Assembly (NCBI RefSeq): GCF_900199515.1
Contig: NZ_LT963434.1
Span: 204,057 to 236,056, forward strand
Length of the DNA: 32,000 nucleotides
Direction of reading: 5' to 3'
From: Massilicoli timonensis
Lineage (GTDB): Bacteria > Bacillota_I > Bacilli_A > Erysipelotrichales > Erysipelotrichaceae
Shown here piece after piece: positions 31,889 through 32,000 of the stretch (its first letter is position 1; each line of letters opens with the position of its first letter). Made by a program: the position numbers and the translations under genes. The notes beneath the pieces are model-generated. The model saw only the letters and a list, made by a program, of their open reading frames with translations. It was not told the DNA's origin and searched no databases.

Positions 31889-32000
31889 TTAGAACTGTTC
31901 CAATAATTCCAAAGGCAATAACATGATTTGATAAACCGAGATCACTAAGACCGCCACATACCCATAAGCCAGTGCCGTAATTGCGATCGTGCAAGATTTG
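31889..32000 (-). CDS. comGB: ComGB (GspF-like platform protein), C-terminal fragment; the gene continues beyond the window
   Basis: The minus-strand frame reads ...KSCTIAITALAYGYVAVLVISVYQIMLLPLELLEQF* and ends at 31889, 13 nt before comGC. Confidence 0.6.
   Translation of the reverse strand, partial: KSCTIAITALAYGYVAVLVISVYQIMLLPLELLEQF

Noticed and set aside
1-32000. rRNA, tRNA and CRISPR arrays
   Set aside because: Reading the intergenic regions, I saw no cloverleaf-like or rRNA-like segments and no repeat-spacer arrays. This was a visual check only, and tRNAscan or Infernal would be needed for certainty.

Overview
The window looks like chromosome from a spore-forming, competence-proficient Bacillota (spoIVA, a comG operon, and Bacillus-like xerD-deoB and cmk-der-gpsA...spoIVA-hup synteny). 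I cannot name the species. Bases 1-2234 and about 13700-32000 carry ordinary housekeeping genes. These are deoB, an Mrp/NBP35 ATPase, an LMW-PTP, hup, spoIVA, malQ, prfC, aroD, an aroE-aroK fusion, gpsA, der, cmk, efp and comGB-GG.

Bases 2235-13700 form a compositionally mosaic accessory island with no recombinase gene. It contains:
- an HTH-Fic gene with a triple-repeat operator;
- a DinJ/RelB-like antitoxin with what looks like a decayed toxin;
- remnants of a conjugative-transposon regulatory module (XRE repressor, sigma-70-like protein, HTH protein) split by cargo;
- an AT-rich gene for a 501-aa DUF3800-like protein.

The main cargo is a tightly packed seven-gene operon (5262-10674), transcribed divergently from a single-Cys HxlR regulator. 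It encodes a 60-aa ACGX-repeat Cys-rich peptide, a radical SAM/SPASM maturase with no RRE domain, an MDR-type reductase, a ferredoxin-nitroreductase fusion, a second nitroreductase, a Cys-cluster macrodomain hydrolase and a class-M (SirTM-like) sirtuin. There is no protease, transporter, GcvH-L or LplA2 gene. I rank this combination of a peptide/rSAM pair, redox enzymes and a reversible ADP-ribosylation pair as the best candidate for an undescribed system.

I found no rRNA, tRNA or CRISPR array. All calls come from reading the ORF translations and the DNA by eye. No searches were run.
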